Source: an uncultured Actinomycetes bacterium (GTDB taxonomy: Bacteria; Actinomycetota; Thermoleophilia; Gaiellales; Gaiellaceae). Taken from it: a stretch of DNA of 64,000 bases. The stretch lies in contig CAVREH010000018.1 of assembly GCA_963720065.1 (NCBI GenBank), positions 7,083 through 71,082 of the forward strand. Direction: 5' to 3'. The position numbers and the translations under genes are program-made. The notes under the pieces were generated by a model. It searched no databases. It had not been told where the DNA came from and worked only from the letters and a program-made list of their open reading frames with translations. Shown here piece after piece: positions 40,079-50,525 of the stretch. How positions within the stretch are numbered: position 1 is the first letter of the stretch; every line of letters starts with the position of its first letter.

Positions 40079-40261
40079 TTACGCGGCCCGGCGGCCGGGC
40101 GTGTGCCGGGCGAGCGCGAAGACGAGCTTGCGCGCGAGCTCGTCGCCGATCTTCACGTCGAGCCGTTCGCGCGCCTGGACGGTCTCGAGATCGAGGCTCT
40201 CCAGGTGTGCGGCGAGGAGTCGTGCCCCCCGCCGAGTCGTCTCGTGGACCAGAACGGTCAT
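40079..40261 (-). CDS. hypothetical small protein (60 aa), weak call
   Basis: It is the only ORF filling the 40076-40379 gap, and its composition is plausible. There is no clear RBS and no recognisable family. Confidence 0.3.
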   Translation of the reverse strand: MTVLVHETTRRGARLLAAHLESLDLETVQARERLDVKIGDELARKLVFALARHTPGRRAA

Positions 40262-40379
40262 CGCAGTCCAGTTATCGGAGGACCTACCCCTTTAGCGTGA
40301 TCCCTCCCGGCAGGGATCCGCGGCCACCTCACTCGTTCGGGAGGAAGAGCGAGGCGGCCGCGAGGCGGTTGTCCCGGAT

Positions 40380-41003
40380 TCAGCCGGCCGGTGTCCGGGT
40401 CTGCGTCTGGGTGGTCTCCCCGGGTGGAGTCGCGGCGGTCTCCTCGGCCGGAGTCGCCGGCCCGCGCGTGGTCGTATAGCGGCGCTCGGCCGCCACCGGC
40501 TCGTCTGCCGCGGGTGCGCGCGCAGCGCCTGCCGGGCCGGCGTAGGCCGGCGCAGCCTCCTCGACCGGCGCGGGGACGCCGTCGAGCGAGAGGCCCAGCA
40601 TGAGGCCGAACGCGAACGCCAGCACCCCGTGCCAGAGGCCGACGGAGTGCACGACACCGAGAATCCCGATCGAGTTGCTCCACGAGTCGAGTCTCCCCTC
40701 CTGCCAGCCGTTGCCCGGCTGGTTCGCGACCAGCAGCCAGCCGACGACGACGAGCATCGGCAGGAACGCGAGGGCGAACGTGCCCGGCGACATTCGCAGC
40801 CTGAGCCCCTTCGTCCATGTGCCGACGTGGGTCGCCAGCGCGATCAGGAAGCCGGCTCCGGCGACGATCGCCATCGAGAGCCAGAAGCGCCCCGTCGTCT
40901 GCATTCCGATCTGGGTCGCGCCCCAGAGTCCAAGTCCCGCCAGCGCCGCAGCGAGAGCGAGCGTGAGCCCGCGGGACGCGTCGTACAAGCCGTACCTGCG
41001 CAT
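40380..41003 (-). CDS. hypothetical membrane protein with Pro/Ala/Thr-rich C-terminal tail
   Basis: GAGGTG lies upstream of ATG 41003 (MRRYGLYDASRG). About 5 TM segments are followed by a low-complexity tail. Confidence 0.6.
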   Translation of the reverse strand: MRRYGLYDASRGLTLALAAALAGLGLWGATQIGMQTTGRFWLSMAIVAGAGFLIALATHVGTWTKGLRLRMSPGTFALAFLPMLVVVGWLLVANQPGNGWQEGRLDSWSNSIGILGVVHSVGLWHGVLAFAFGLMLGLSLDGVPAPVEEAAPAYAGPAGAARAPAADEPVAAERRYTTTRGPATPAEETAATPPGETTQTQTRTPAG

Positions 41004-41077
41004 ACTTCTCACCTCGTTCCGTTGCCCGATGCAGGTGGAACGGTCGAGTCCCACCTCGGGGTGCGCAGGTACCCCGA

Positions 41078-41716
41078 TTACTCGAGCGCAAGCCTCCGTG
41101 CGTCGAACGAGGCCGACCACAGCTCGGCGCGAAACTCATCCAGCGTCGCCACTGCGTCTTCCGCGAACATGTGTTCCACCACCCCGATCTCGCGGTCGTT
41201 GTGGAACGGGACGTCGACGTGCGGGTGCGAAACGAGGTTCAGCGACAGCCGGCGGCAGCTCGGGCAGCGCACGGCGAGCCCGACCGTCCCGTCGGTCGCC
41301 GTCAGCAGCAGGAACGAGGACGGGAACACGGGACGCGGCTGCTCCTCGGGGAAGCAGAAGAAGCTCCAGGGCCACTCACCCCTCTTGATGTGGTGTGCCG
41401 CCAGCTCGCCGAGCTCTGCGCCCACGGGGTCGACGCGTGCGGTCATCAGGTTGAGGAACTCGCCCGCGGCGAGGCCGAGCGGCGCCCAGTCGAGCTCGTC
41501 GTGCGTCAGGAGCCCGTCGTGCTCGTCGCCGCACTCGCAGTCGAAGCGGACGCGGAACACGGCCGGGTGGGCTGCGCCGGGGAGCTGCTCGATGCTCCGG
41601 AAGGCCGAGAGCAGCACGTGTGTCTCGCCTCGGACCGGGCAGGCGAACGCGTAGCGGCTCGTGAGCGGGTCGTACATGTGGACGTTGTAGAGACAACGCC
41701 GGACGGCGACCCGCAA
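41078..41716 (-). CDS. hypothetical Cys-containing protein (possible zinc-binding CxC ... CPxC); start possibly at 41677
   Basis: Composition is non-repetitive and protein-like. FDCECGDEHDG and VRCPSCRRL are present. I recognise no family. Confidence 0.55.
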   Translation of the reverse strand: MRVAVRRCLYNVHMYDPLTSRYAFACPVRGETHVLLSAFRSIEQLPGAAHPAVFRVRFDCECGDEHDGLLTHDELDWAPLGLAAGEFLNLMTARVDPVGAELGELAAHHIKRGEWPWSFFCFPEEQPRPVFPSSFLLLTATDGTVGLAVRCPSCRRLSLNLVSHPHVDVPFHNDREIGVVEHMFAEDAVATLDEFRAELWSASFDARRLALE

Positions 41717-41721
41717 GCCTC

Positions 41722-42246
41722 TCAGTACGTGATCAGCGAGCAGAGCTCGTACTTCTCGAGGCGCTCGCGGCCGCCGAGGAAGGAGAGCTCGATCACGAAG
41801 TTGACGCCGACCACGGTTCCCCCGAGCTCTTCCACGAGACCGGCGATGGCCTCCACGGTTCCGCCGGTTGCGAGCACGTCGTCGTGGATGACGACCCGGG
41901 CGCCGCTCGGCGATCGCATCGGCTGCGACCTCGAGGGTGTTCTGGCCGTACTCGAGCGCGTACGTCGCGGAAACCGTCGCCGGCGGGAGCTTGCCGGGCC
42001 GCCGCGCCGGCGACGAAGCCGCAGCCGGCCTCGACCGCGATCGCCGCGCCGAGCCAGAAGCCGCGCGCCTCGGCGCCGAGCACGAGGTCCGCCTTGCGCT
42101 CGCGCGTCCACGTCGGCGAGCCGGCCGACCGCCTGCCGTAGCGCCTCGGGGTCGAGCAAGAGCGGCGAGATGTCCTTGAAGCCGACGCCGGGCTCCGGGA
42201 AGTCCGGGACCTCGCGCACCCGAGTCGTGAGATCGATCCCCGTCAT
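41722..42246 (-). pseudogene. apt: adenine phosphoribosyltransferase, several frameshifts
   Basis: [53 protein letters not shown] and [26 protein letters not shown] (PRPP motif) lie in different frames. Confidence 0.85.
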
Positions 42247-42256
42247 CCGCGCGAGG

Positions 42257-42944
42257 CTACTCCACCAGGTGGCGGACGTTCCGCCGCAACAGGAGGTCCG
42301 ACGAGCTCCTGGGCGCTCTGCGCGAGCCGCTGGAGGTCGCCGAGCGCGGCCTGCGCGGCGCTCGGCGTTGCGCGAGCGCAGCGCCGGGCCGAGCACCGCC
42401 TCGAGCAAGCTGCTCTCGCGGTCGGCCGCCGTGCGGAAGGCGCGCAGGTTCCGGGCGCCGATCCCGAAGACCCCGAGCGCCTCGCACGCCGCGGCGATGT
42501 CGGCCTCGCTCTCGCCGTAGATCCGCTGCCCGTCCTCGACGCGCGACTCGAGCAGCCCGTACTCCTCGAGCTCCCGAGCCCGTTCGGCCGTGATGCCCGC
42601 GCGCTCGCAGAGCTCCTCGAGGTCGAGCTCCTCCTCCCCCGCGCCGACGACGCTGCGCCGGCGGCGGCGTTGCTTGCTCCGCACCCGCTCGAGCTCTTCC
42701 TTGATCACGCGCAGCGGCAGGAACTCGTCGCGCTGCAGGCGGAGAATCGTCTCCAGTCGCTCGACGTCGTCCTCGGAGAAGAGCCGGTAGCCGCCCTGCG
42801 TGCGGCGCGGGCTGCACAGCCCCTGGTCCTCGAGGTAGCGGATCTTCGAGATCGAGACGTCCGGGAACTCGTCCTGGAGCCGCCGCAGACCGTCGCCGAT
42901 CGTGAGGAGGCGTGCGGCGCGAGGGTGCTGGCCGTCGTCGCCAT
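42257..42944 (-). pseudogene. MerR-family transcriptional regulator (FHA-associated, actinobacterial type), 2-3 frameshifts
   Basis: The HTH is [69 protein letters not shown]. The C-terminus ends ...[12 protein letters not shown] in the frame of ORF 42257-42817. The ATG overlaps the FHA gene stop (TGATG). Confidence 0.8.
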
Positions 42945-43415
42945 CAGCGCTGGAGGAACGTGAGCCGGTACTTGCCGATCTGGAGCTCGTCGCCGTCGCT
43001 CGAGTGTCCGCCGACTCGACGCGCTCGCGGTTGACGAAGGTTCCGTTCAGGCTGCCCTGGTCCTCGAGCTTCCAGCGCTCGCCGTCCTTCGTGAAGACGG
43101 CGTGCTTGCGGGACACGGTGACGTCGTCGAGGAAGATCGCACAGTCCGGCGAGCGGCCGATCGTCGTCGGGCCGTCCTCGGGCGCGAACGTCTCCCCCGC
43201 CCGCCCGCCGCCCGAGCGGACGACGAGCGCCGGCGCCGTGGATGATCCCGAGATCCTCGAGCGGATCGAGGCTCTCCGCCGAGCTCGGGAGCGGAGAACG
43301 ACTCGGTCGACTCTCCCTCCTCGCCGGGACGACGAGCGCCGCGCCGCACTTCGCGCAGAAGTGCGCCGACTCCGGGTTGTTGTAACCCGCACTCAGGGCA
43401 GTAGACGTGCGCCAT
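42944..43415 (-). pseudogene. FHA-domain protein with N-terminal zinc ribbon (GarA/OdhI-like), several frameshifts
   Basis: [10 protein letters not shown]..., [50 protein letters not shown] and [17 protein letters not shown] lie in three frames. Confidence 0.8.
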
Positions 43416-43665
43416 CAGGCAGCGCAGGAGCGTTGCCTTGCCGGTCGAGGATCTCGGTGAGCGGGTCGACGTCGACCTGGTCGAGGACGCTTCTCCCCTG
43501 CGTCTCGCTGGAGCCGCGCCACGAGCTCGGCGCGCAGGATGTCGATCTTTCCGTGCAGCAGCCGCCGGCGGTAACGACACCTCGCTGCTCCTCGCTCGTC
43601 AGCTCGTCGATGAGCTTCTTGAGCTCCTCGTCGGTGAGCGTCGCGAGGTCGGGCAGCGATTCCAT
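43415..43665 (-). pseudogene. small coiled-coil protein with an RsiG-like ExxxSxxRxxxHxxxD motif, 2-3 frameshifts
   Basis: MESLPDLATLTDEELKKLIDELTSEEQ, EVS and YRRRLLHGKIDILRAELVARL are obtained by joining three frames. The stop overlaps the FHA gene ATG (TGATG). Confidence 0.55.
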
Positions 43666-43700
43666 CAGGCCTTTCGGCCGAGGGTGAACCTGAACTTTAG

Positions 43701-43722
43701 CTTTGCTGCGGCCGGAGCAAAG
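43701..43722 (-). terminator. hairpin downstream of the nucleotidyltransferase/mutase gene
   Basis: ctttgct-gcggccgg-agcaaag forms a 7-bp perfect stem. It lies directly after the TAG at 43729-43731. Confidence 0.4.
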
Positions 43723-43728
43723 AACGGG

Positions 43729-46256
43729 CTAGGTGCGGGCCGCTGCCGGCCTCTCCCTGCTCGATCTCGTCCACGAGCGCCCGCAGCTCGCGCGCGAGCT
43801 GCTCCGACTGCTCGCGCGTGTCGCCCTCGGCGTAGAGGTGCAGGAGCGGCTCGTCGGGATCGGGCAGCACCTGCGACCAGCCGCGCTCGTCGAACAGTCT
43901 TGATCCCGTCGGTGAGGTCGAGCTCGCGGCCTGCGAGCCGCTCGTTCAGCACGCGCATCACGAGCCCCTTGAGCGCCCACGGGCACGGCACCTGGTGGTG
44001 GACGAGCGTCGGCTCCGGCAGCTCGGCGACCAGCTCCGACAGCGGCCGGTTGACGGGCGCCAGCAGCTCGAGGAGCTTCGCGAGGCTGGCGACTGCGTCG
44101 TAACCCGGGCAGGAACTCGGGAAACACGTAGCCGCCGCCGACGGCACCGGCGAAGATGACGTCTCCCTCGGCCGCGGCGCTGGTCAGCTCCGGCAGCGAG
44201 GTCGGCGTCCGCACGACCTCGAGCTGCGAATGCTCGACGAGCTGCTCGACCTGGCTCGTCACCGTGACGGGGAAGGCGAGCTTGCCGCGGCGGCCGTTCG
44301 AGCCGAGCAGGCGGAGAAAGAGCAGGAGCGCCTGCTCGACCGGCACTTCGTGCGCCTGCTCGTCGACGAGATAGAGGCGTTCCGCCGAGCGGTCGAAGAC
44401 GGCGCCGAGATCGGCGCCCACTGCGGGCACGAGCCGCTTCGTCTGGCCGATCGAGGCGGCGAGCCCGGGCGCGGCGTCGGCGTAGTCCGATCCCTCGCCG
44501 GTGAAGGCGTGCGCGGCCACGACCTCCACGCCGAGCGGGCCGAGCACGAGCGGCAGGACGTAGGACGCGCCGCGAGAGCCCGTAGTCGACGACGATGCGG
44601 AAGCGGCGCGTCGCGGACGGCGGCGACGTCGATCGTCGAGAGGAGCTCGGCCGCGTACGTCTCGCGCACCCGCGCGGGATACGAGATGGCGCCGACCTCG
44701 CCGGCGGCGACACGGCGCAGCTCGCCGCGCGTGAAGTGCTTCTCGACCTCCTTCTGCATCGCCGCGCTCATCTCGACGCCCGGCGGCTCGAAGAACTGGA
44801 TCCTGATCACCTCGGGGTCGTTCGGGCTGACTGCCGACGTGGAAGCCGGCGTCGTAGCGCCTCCGACTTCACGAGGTGGCGGCGCGACGGCCGCCGGGCT
44901 GACGCGGAGGTCGGCGACGTGGACGCCCGTCGAGGAGATGCCGGAGATCATCGCCCGCTTGATCATGCGGCACGCGGCTGCGCCCTCGCGGCTGGCGACG
45001 ACGCGCGTGCCGCGCTTCAGCGCGGTGCCGAGCGCGGCGGCGAGCCGCACCGCGACATCCGGCGTCAGGTCGACGTTGACCATTCCCGAGACTCCGTGCT
45101 TGCCGAAGACGCGCGTCGTCCCCCGCGACTCCCAGATCAGGCTCTCGTGCAGCTGGGAGCCGGTCTCGACCTCTTTGAACGGATAGATCCGGACTCCCGG
45201 CAGGATCACGCTCTCGGCGCCGACCGTGACTTCGTCGCCGATGGCGACGCCCTCGTGGACGCGCACGTGCGCGCGCAGGTCGCAGCTGCGCCCGACGATC
45301 GCTCCCTGGATGTCGGTGCTGCGGCCGATGTAGGTGGACGTGTCGACGATCGAGCGCACGACGCGGCCGCGCTCGCGGACGGTGACGCTCGTCGAGAGCA
45401 CCGTGTACGGGCCGATGTGCGCGCCGCGCGAGATCCGGCAGTAGTTGCCGAGGAACGAGGGCCCCTCGATCGCGTCGAGGTCGTCGAGGTCCACCCCGTC
45501 GCCCAGCCAGACGTTGCCGCGGATGCGGATGCCGTCGATCTCGAGCCGCACGCTCTCGTCGAGCGCGTCGAAGTTCGCCTGCCGGTACTGGTCGAGGTTG
45601 CCGATGTCCTGCCAGTAGCCGTCGAAGACGTGGCCGTAGATCGGTCGGCCCATCTCGAGCAGCAGCGGGAAGAGCTCCTTCGAGAAGTCGTACGGCCGGT
45701 CCGGCCGGGACGTGCTTCAGCACCTCCGGCTCGAGCACGTAGATGCCCGTGTTGATCGTGTCGGAGAAGACCTGGCCCCAGGAGGGCTTTTCGAGGAAGC
45801 GCTCGACGCGCCCGTCCTCGTCGGTGACGACGATCCCGAACTCGAGCGGGTTCTCGACCGACTTGAGCCCGATCGTGACGGAGGCGCCCTTCTCGCGGTG
45901 CGCCGCGACGAGGGCCGTCAGGTCGACGTCGCAGAGGGCGTCACCCGAGATGACGAGGAACGTGTCGTCGAGCCGCCCGCCGCGCGCTTGACCGAGCCGG
46001 CGGTGCCGAGCGGCGACTCCTCGACCGAGTAGCCGATGTCCACGCCGAGCGTCTCGCCGCTGCCGAAGTAGCTCCGGATCGCCTGCGGCAGGAAGGCGAC
46101 GGTGACGATCACGTCCTCGAAGCCGTGGCGCTTGAGCAGCTCGACGATGTGCTCCATGCAGGGCTTGCCGACGATCGGGACCATCGGCTTGGGCTGGTTC
46201 GAGGTCAGGGGCCGCAGCCGCGTGCCCTCGCCCCCGGCCATGACGACGGCCTTCAT
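43729..46256 (-). pseudogene. bifunctional sugar-1-phosphate nucleotidyltransferase (with LbH domain) / phosphohexomutase (PMM/PGM) fusion, many frameshifts
   Basis: MKAVVMAGGEGTRLRPLTSNQPKPMVPI, LVISGDALCDVDL, YWQDIGNLDQY and hexapeptide repeats are present. The mutase domains follow: FGKHGVSGMVN, ASREGAAACRM, IIDELGAV-like pieces and GDTREQSEQLARELRALV. They are spread over ORFs 45918-46811, 44869-46938, 44259-45653, 43729-44547 and 43665-44147. Confidence 0.75.
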
Positions 46257-46811
46257 GGCCGCAGCTCTCTCCGCGCCGTCCGGATGTAGAACACGGCGGC
46301 GACCACGGCGAGCACGATGCCGGCCCAGAAGAGGTAGAGCGGCCACTGCGTCGAGGGGTGCGTGACGATGCGGAAGGCGATCGCCGCGTAGAGCACCCAC
46401 GTCGCGGCCTTGCCGACCGTGTTGACCTCGATCTCGATCCCTCGCGGGGCGAGCACCCTCGAGCCCGCGAGCAGGAGGACGTCGCGGCGCGATGATGACC
46501 GCGAGCCCCACCCACGGCAGCCGGTCGTAGTAGGCGAGGAGGATCACGGCCGCGTCGATCATCAGCCGGTCGGCGAGCGGGTCGGCGACCTGGCCGAAGC
46601 GCGACTCGACGTGCCAGCGGCGCGCGAGAAAGCCGTCCACCTGGTCGGTGATCCCGGCGATGCCGAAGACGATGCCGGCCGGCCAGCTCGGCTCGTGTCC
46701 GGCTCGCACCATGAGCACGACGAAGATCGGGATCAGCGCGAGGCGCGCGATCGTCAGCGCGTTCGGGATCAGCGCGAGTGGAGCCGAGACCGCGGGAGCC
46801 TGAGCCTCCAT
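46253..46811 (-). pseudogene. CDP-alcohol phosphatidyltransferase (PgsA-like), one frameshift ~46480
   Basis: The motif is DQVDGFLARRWHVESRFGQVADPLADRL. The C-terminal TM part lies in ORF 46253-46456. The stop overlaps the downstream ATG (ATGA). Confidence 0.8.
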
Positions 46812-46828
46812 GTGGAAAGGATACGGGC

Positions 46829-47832
46829 GTGCAGCAGCAGCCTCGGATCCCCGGCTTCGTCAACGCGCACTGCCACGCGTTCCAGCGAGCGCTGCGCGGG
46901 CGCACCGAGGGCGGGGACTTCTGGGCGTGGCGGGACACGATGCTCGAGCTCGCCGCGTCTCAGACGCCCGACAGCATTCGGCGCGAGTACGTCGAGGTCT
47001 ACCGCGAGCTGCGGGCCGCCGGCTACACCGCGGTCGGCGAGTTCCACTACCTCGGGCTGAAGGCGGCGTGGGCGGCGGCCGAGGCAGCGGCGGAGGCGGG
47101 AATCGAGCTCGTCCTGCTCCACGTCGCTTATGCGCGCGCGGGGATCGAGCGCTTCCGCCAGGAGTCGGTGGCCGCGTATCTGCGTGAGCTGGAGGAGTTA
47201 CGGGCGGGCGGGATCCGCGTCGGCGTCGCCCCCCACTCCGTCCGCGCGTGTCCCCGCGACTGGCTTGAGGAGCTCGGGCGCTACGCCGCCGAGCACGAGC
47301 TGCCGCTGCACGTCCACGCCGACGAGCAGCCGCGCGAGATCGAGGAATGCCTCGCCGAGCACGAGCTGCGGCCGATCGAGCTGCTCGACGCATGCGGCTG
47401 CCTCGGCCCGCGCACGACCGTCGTCCACGCGACGCACGCGGACGGCCACGAGCTCGACCTGCTCGCCGCGGCCGGCGCTCGGGTGTGCGCCTGCCCGACC
47501 ACGGAGGCGAATCTCGGCGACGGTTTCCTGCCGGTCGAGCGGCTCCTCCACCGCCGCATCGGGCTCTGCATCGGCTCGGACTCGAACGTGCGGATCGACC
47601 CGCTCGAGGAGCTGCGCGAGCTCGACGGAATCGCGCGCCGTCAGTCCGGCCGGCGCGACGTCTTCTCGGTGGACGAGTTGCTCGAGATGGGGACGGTCGG
47701 GGAGCAGCCGCGCTCGGGCTCGACGGGTGGCCCGACGTCGCTGTCGACGTGACCCACCCGCAGCTCGCGGGCGTCGAGGACTGGCGGAGCGCGCTCGTGG
47801 CTTCGTGCTCTGCGGAAGTCATCGTCGGCTGA
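46829..47832 (+). pseudogene. amidohydrolase-superfamily deaminase (formimidoylglutamate deiminase/guanine deaminase-like), one frameshift ~47700
   Basis: GFVNAHCHAFQRALRG, PHSVRAC, LHVHADEQPREIEEC, VVHATH and CIGSDSN are present. The C-terminus GGAAALGLDGWPDVAVD... lies in the frame of ORF 47347-47832. Confidence 0.75.
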
Positions 47833-48050
47833 TTCGCCGCAGCCGCCGTCCGTATCGGTCGCAAGACTCGTTCTGCGTAGTGGTGAGGGCTTGGGGAGAT
47901 GTTGGATTCGCGCTTGCGACTGGGGTCGTCGCCGCGGCGGCATGGTCACTGTTGGCGCTCACGTGGCAGTAGGCCCGACTGAGGCGAGCACTTGGCGCTT
48001 ACGTTGGCAGTTATGACGTCCACCGGAAGCTTCGCGATGCCGAAGGCAAC

Positions 48051-48329
48051 ATGGGCACGGTCCAGGTCCGTCGCGAAGGGAGAACGTTGAGGGTTGCGTG
48101 GGAGCTTCCGAACGGTCTGGCTGAGGGCATCGTCATGTTGAATGAGCGCTTCCTCAGGAGCGGTCACGGCACTTACGAGCATCGGCTGAATGACGGTCGA
48201 CTGGCCTGGGGGACGTGGGATCTAGAGTTGGACACCAGGCTCGCTTCGATCCTCGTGACGACTCGCTATGCGCAGGCCGTCGACCAGATCGAGATCGTTC
48301 AGGGATACGAGTGGAGGCGCACAGCATGA
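48051..48329 (+). CDS. hypothetical protein (92 aa) in a lower-GC spacer next to the tRNA, weak call
   Basis: ATG-started ORF with non-repetitive composition in a visibly lower-GC stretch. I recognise no family. Confidence 0.3.
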   Translation: MGTVQVRREGRTLRVAWELPNGLAEGIVMLNERFLRSGHGTYEHRLNDGRLAWGTWDLELDTRLASILVTTRYAQAVDQIEIVQGYEWRRTA

Positions 48330-48354
48330 TCCATGGCTGTTCGCTCGATCGCAA

Positions 48355-48429
48355 TCGGGGCGGCGAGATTCGAACTCGCGACCTTTGGTCCCCCAGACCA
48401 ACGCGCTAACCAGGCTGCGCCACGCCCCG
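48355..48429 (-). tRNA. tRNA-Pro (anticodon GGG)
   Basis: Reverse-strand cloverleaf. Acceptor is CGGGGCG/CGCCCCG, D arm is GCGC-AGCCTGGTTA-GCGC and the anticodon arm is TTGGT-CTGGGGG-ACCAA. T arm is GCGAG-TTCGAAT-CTCGC and the discriminator is A. No CCA is encoded. Confidence 0.93.
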
Positions 48430-48488
48430 CAGCGAGGCAAACCGTAGCTACTCGGGACCCGTGGGGGGCTCTCGGTCGTATCGCAGGC

Positions 48489-49455
48489 ATGCGCAGACTC
48501 ATCCCGCTCACGGTCCTGGTCGCCGCGCTCCTCTTCCCTACCCCTGTCGGCGCGTCCTCCCGCGGCCGGCCGGTCGCCCTCGTCACCGCGGAGACCGCGA
48601 ACGAGGTGCTCGCCGTCTCCCTCGGCAAGTACGGCGGTCACATCATCCGGCGTGTCCACCTCGCCGACCCGCTCATGATCGCCGCGCCGGAGCACGGCCC
48701 GGCCGTCGTCGTCAGCCCGAGTGGCACGGTCACGTTGCTCGCGTGGCACAGTCTGCGGCCGATCAAGGTATTTCACGCCTTCCGCATGCCCGAGGTCGCG
48801 GCGATCGCGCCCGGTGGACGACTCGCCTACGTCACCGACAACACCACCGGCAAGCTGTCGGTGATCGATCTCAAGCGTCGCAGGATCGTCGGGCGGATCT
48901 TCGTCGGCGCGCTTGCGCACCACTTCGGGATCAGCCCGGACGGCCGGCGGATCTGGGTCGCCCTGGGCGAGACGGCGAGAACGATCGTCCGCGTCGACTC
49001 GTCCAATCCGCGCCGGCCGCACGTCATCGGCCGGTTCCACCCGCGGTCCCCGGCGCACGACGTGGGCTTCGAGCCTGACGGGCAGATGGTGTGGGTCACC
49101 TCCGCGACGGGCTCCGACGTTCGGCTCTACTCGCTGACCGGAGAGACCGCTGGAGGGTGCGGACGGCGGTCGTGGGCCGCAGCACCTGGCGTTCTCCGGC
49201 CCCCACGTCCTGATCACGAGCGGATACGGCTCGTCGCTCACCGAGCTGTGTTGGCGCCGGCCCTACTGCTCGCGGCGCGTCGCTCAGGCGCCGTACGGCT
49301 CGTTCAATCTCGCTACGTACGGCGGCTTCGTCGTGACGACGTCGCTCTTCACCGGCCAGGTGAGCGAGTTCCGAGTCCGCGATCTCCAGCGCCTCTGGAC
49401 CGCGAAGGTCGCGCCGGCGGCGCGCTACGTCGCGATCTCCCTCTGGCCGCGCTAG
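48489..49455 (+). pseudogene. secreted YVTN/lactonase-type beta-propeller repeat protein, one frameshift ~49140
   Basis: The signal peptide is MRRLIPLTVLVAALLFPTPVGAS. Repeats include AYVTDNTTGKLSVIDL, GISPDGRRIWVA and FEPDGQMVWVTS. The tail (GPQHLAFSGPHVLITSGYGSSL...SLWPR) lies in another frame. Confidence 0.7.
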
Positions 49456-50525
49456 CCGAGCTGGAGGTCGCGCACGGTCGCACCGCCCGGGACGGTCAGG
49501 AGCGGCGTGTGTCCCGCGAGGAGACTCCGCCCCCGCTGCACGACGACGAACTTCGGCGCGATCGCTCTGACAATCCCCTGCGCCTGGTACGAGCCTCGCG
49601 AGGCTCCGTCGGGGGCGAATAAGCGGATCACGGCCGTGTTCAGGCCGGGCACCGCGACGGCCAGCCGGCCGTTCAGCCAGCCGAACGCCTCGAGATGGGC
49701 GACGGCGATGTGCCGGTAGGCCGACTGCTCCACGAGCGACACGCCGTTCGTTCCCGCCAGGGCGAGCGCGTCGCCCGACGGCGCGAACGCGAGGCCGGTG
49801 ACCGGGGGATTCACGGCGACGACATGCCGGCTCTCGTGGCCGACGTCGTAGACGATCGCACGACCGCCTCCGCCCACGTATGCGAAGGCGAGGGAGTCGG
49901 CTCTGCCACGAGGGCCGCACCGCCCGCACCGAGCGGTCGATCGTCGTGTCGTGGATGCCGTTCCCGTAGATGACGTGCAGGACGAAGTGCCGTCCGGTGT
50001 CGACGACATAGGCGATCCGGAAGCCGTCCGGCGCCCAGGCGATCGAGACGACTCTCCCGCCGGCGGGATGCGACCAGGCCCGACGCCCGTTCGGCGCCAT
50101 CGCGACCAGGGAGTTGCCGATCCCGGCGGCGACGTAGAGCGCGCGTGGTGACAGCGCCGCCGCGCTGACGGGCAGTCCCTGGAGGCGGAAACCGCCGCTC
50201 GTCACGACCGACAGTCGCCCGTCGACCACGGCGGCGATCCCGTTCGCTCCCTGCGGCAGCACCAGCCGGCCCGCGGGTCGCGGTTTCGCCTTCGCACCGA
50301 TGCTGATGTGCAGCGCTCCGGCGGCGGCGAGCGAGCCGGCGGCGATCACGAGCAGGACGACCGCAGCCGCGAAGACGAGGCCGGCGGTGCGGGTCCCGCG
50401 CCGCGCCGGAGAGGCGGGTTGCAGCGCACGCAGCGCGCGGTGCAGCGCCTCCTCCCTGCTCCCGGGTCCGGCTCCCCGGCTTCGGCCAGCACGCCTTCCA
50501 GCCGCCGCTCGAGCTCACTCGACAT
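49452..50525 (-). pseudogene. anti-sigma-like single-pass membrane protein with TolB/PD40-like beta-propeller ectodomain, at least 2 frameshifts
   Basis: ATG 50525 overlaps the ECF sigma gene end. MSSELERRLEGVLAEAGEPDPG is followed by a TM segment (LVFAAAVVLLVIAAGSLAAAGAL). Then come WAPDGFRIAYV and FAPSGDALALA repeats. Confidence 0.65.

Noticed and set aside
41722-43392. 556-aa ORF that looks like a single large protein
   Set aside because: It concatenates in-frame pieces of three separate genes (apt, MerR regulator, FHA protein). The native stops and starts (TGATG overlaps, ATG 42246) are visible once the frameshifts are considered.
47833-48429. Integrated prophage or genomic island at tRNA-Pro
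   Set aside because: There is no integrase, no phage or conjugation genes and no detectable att-type repeat of the tRNA 3' end. The segment is only ~0.5 kb.
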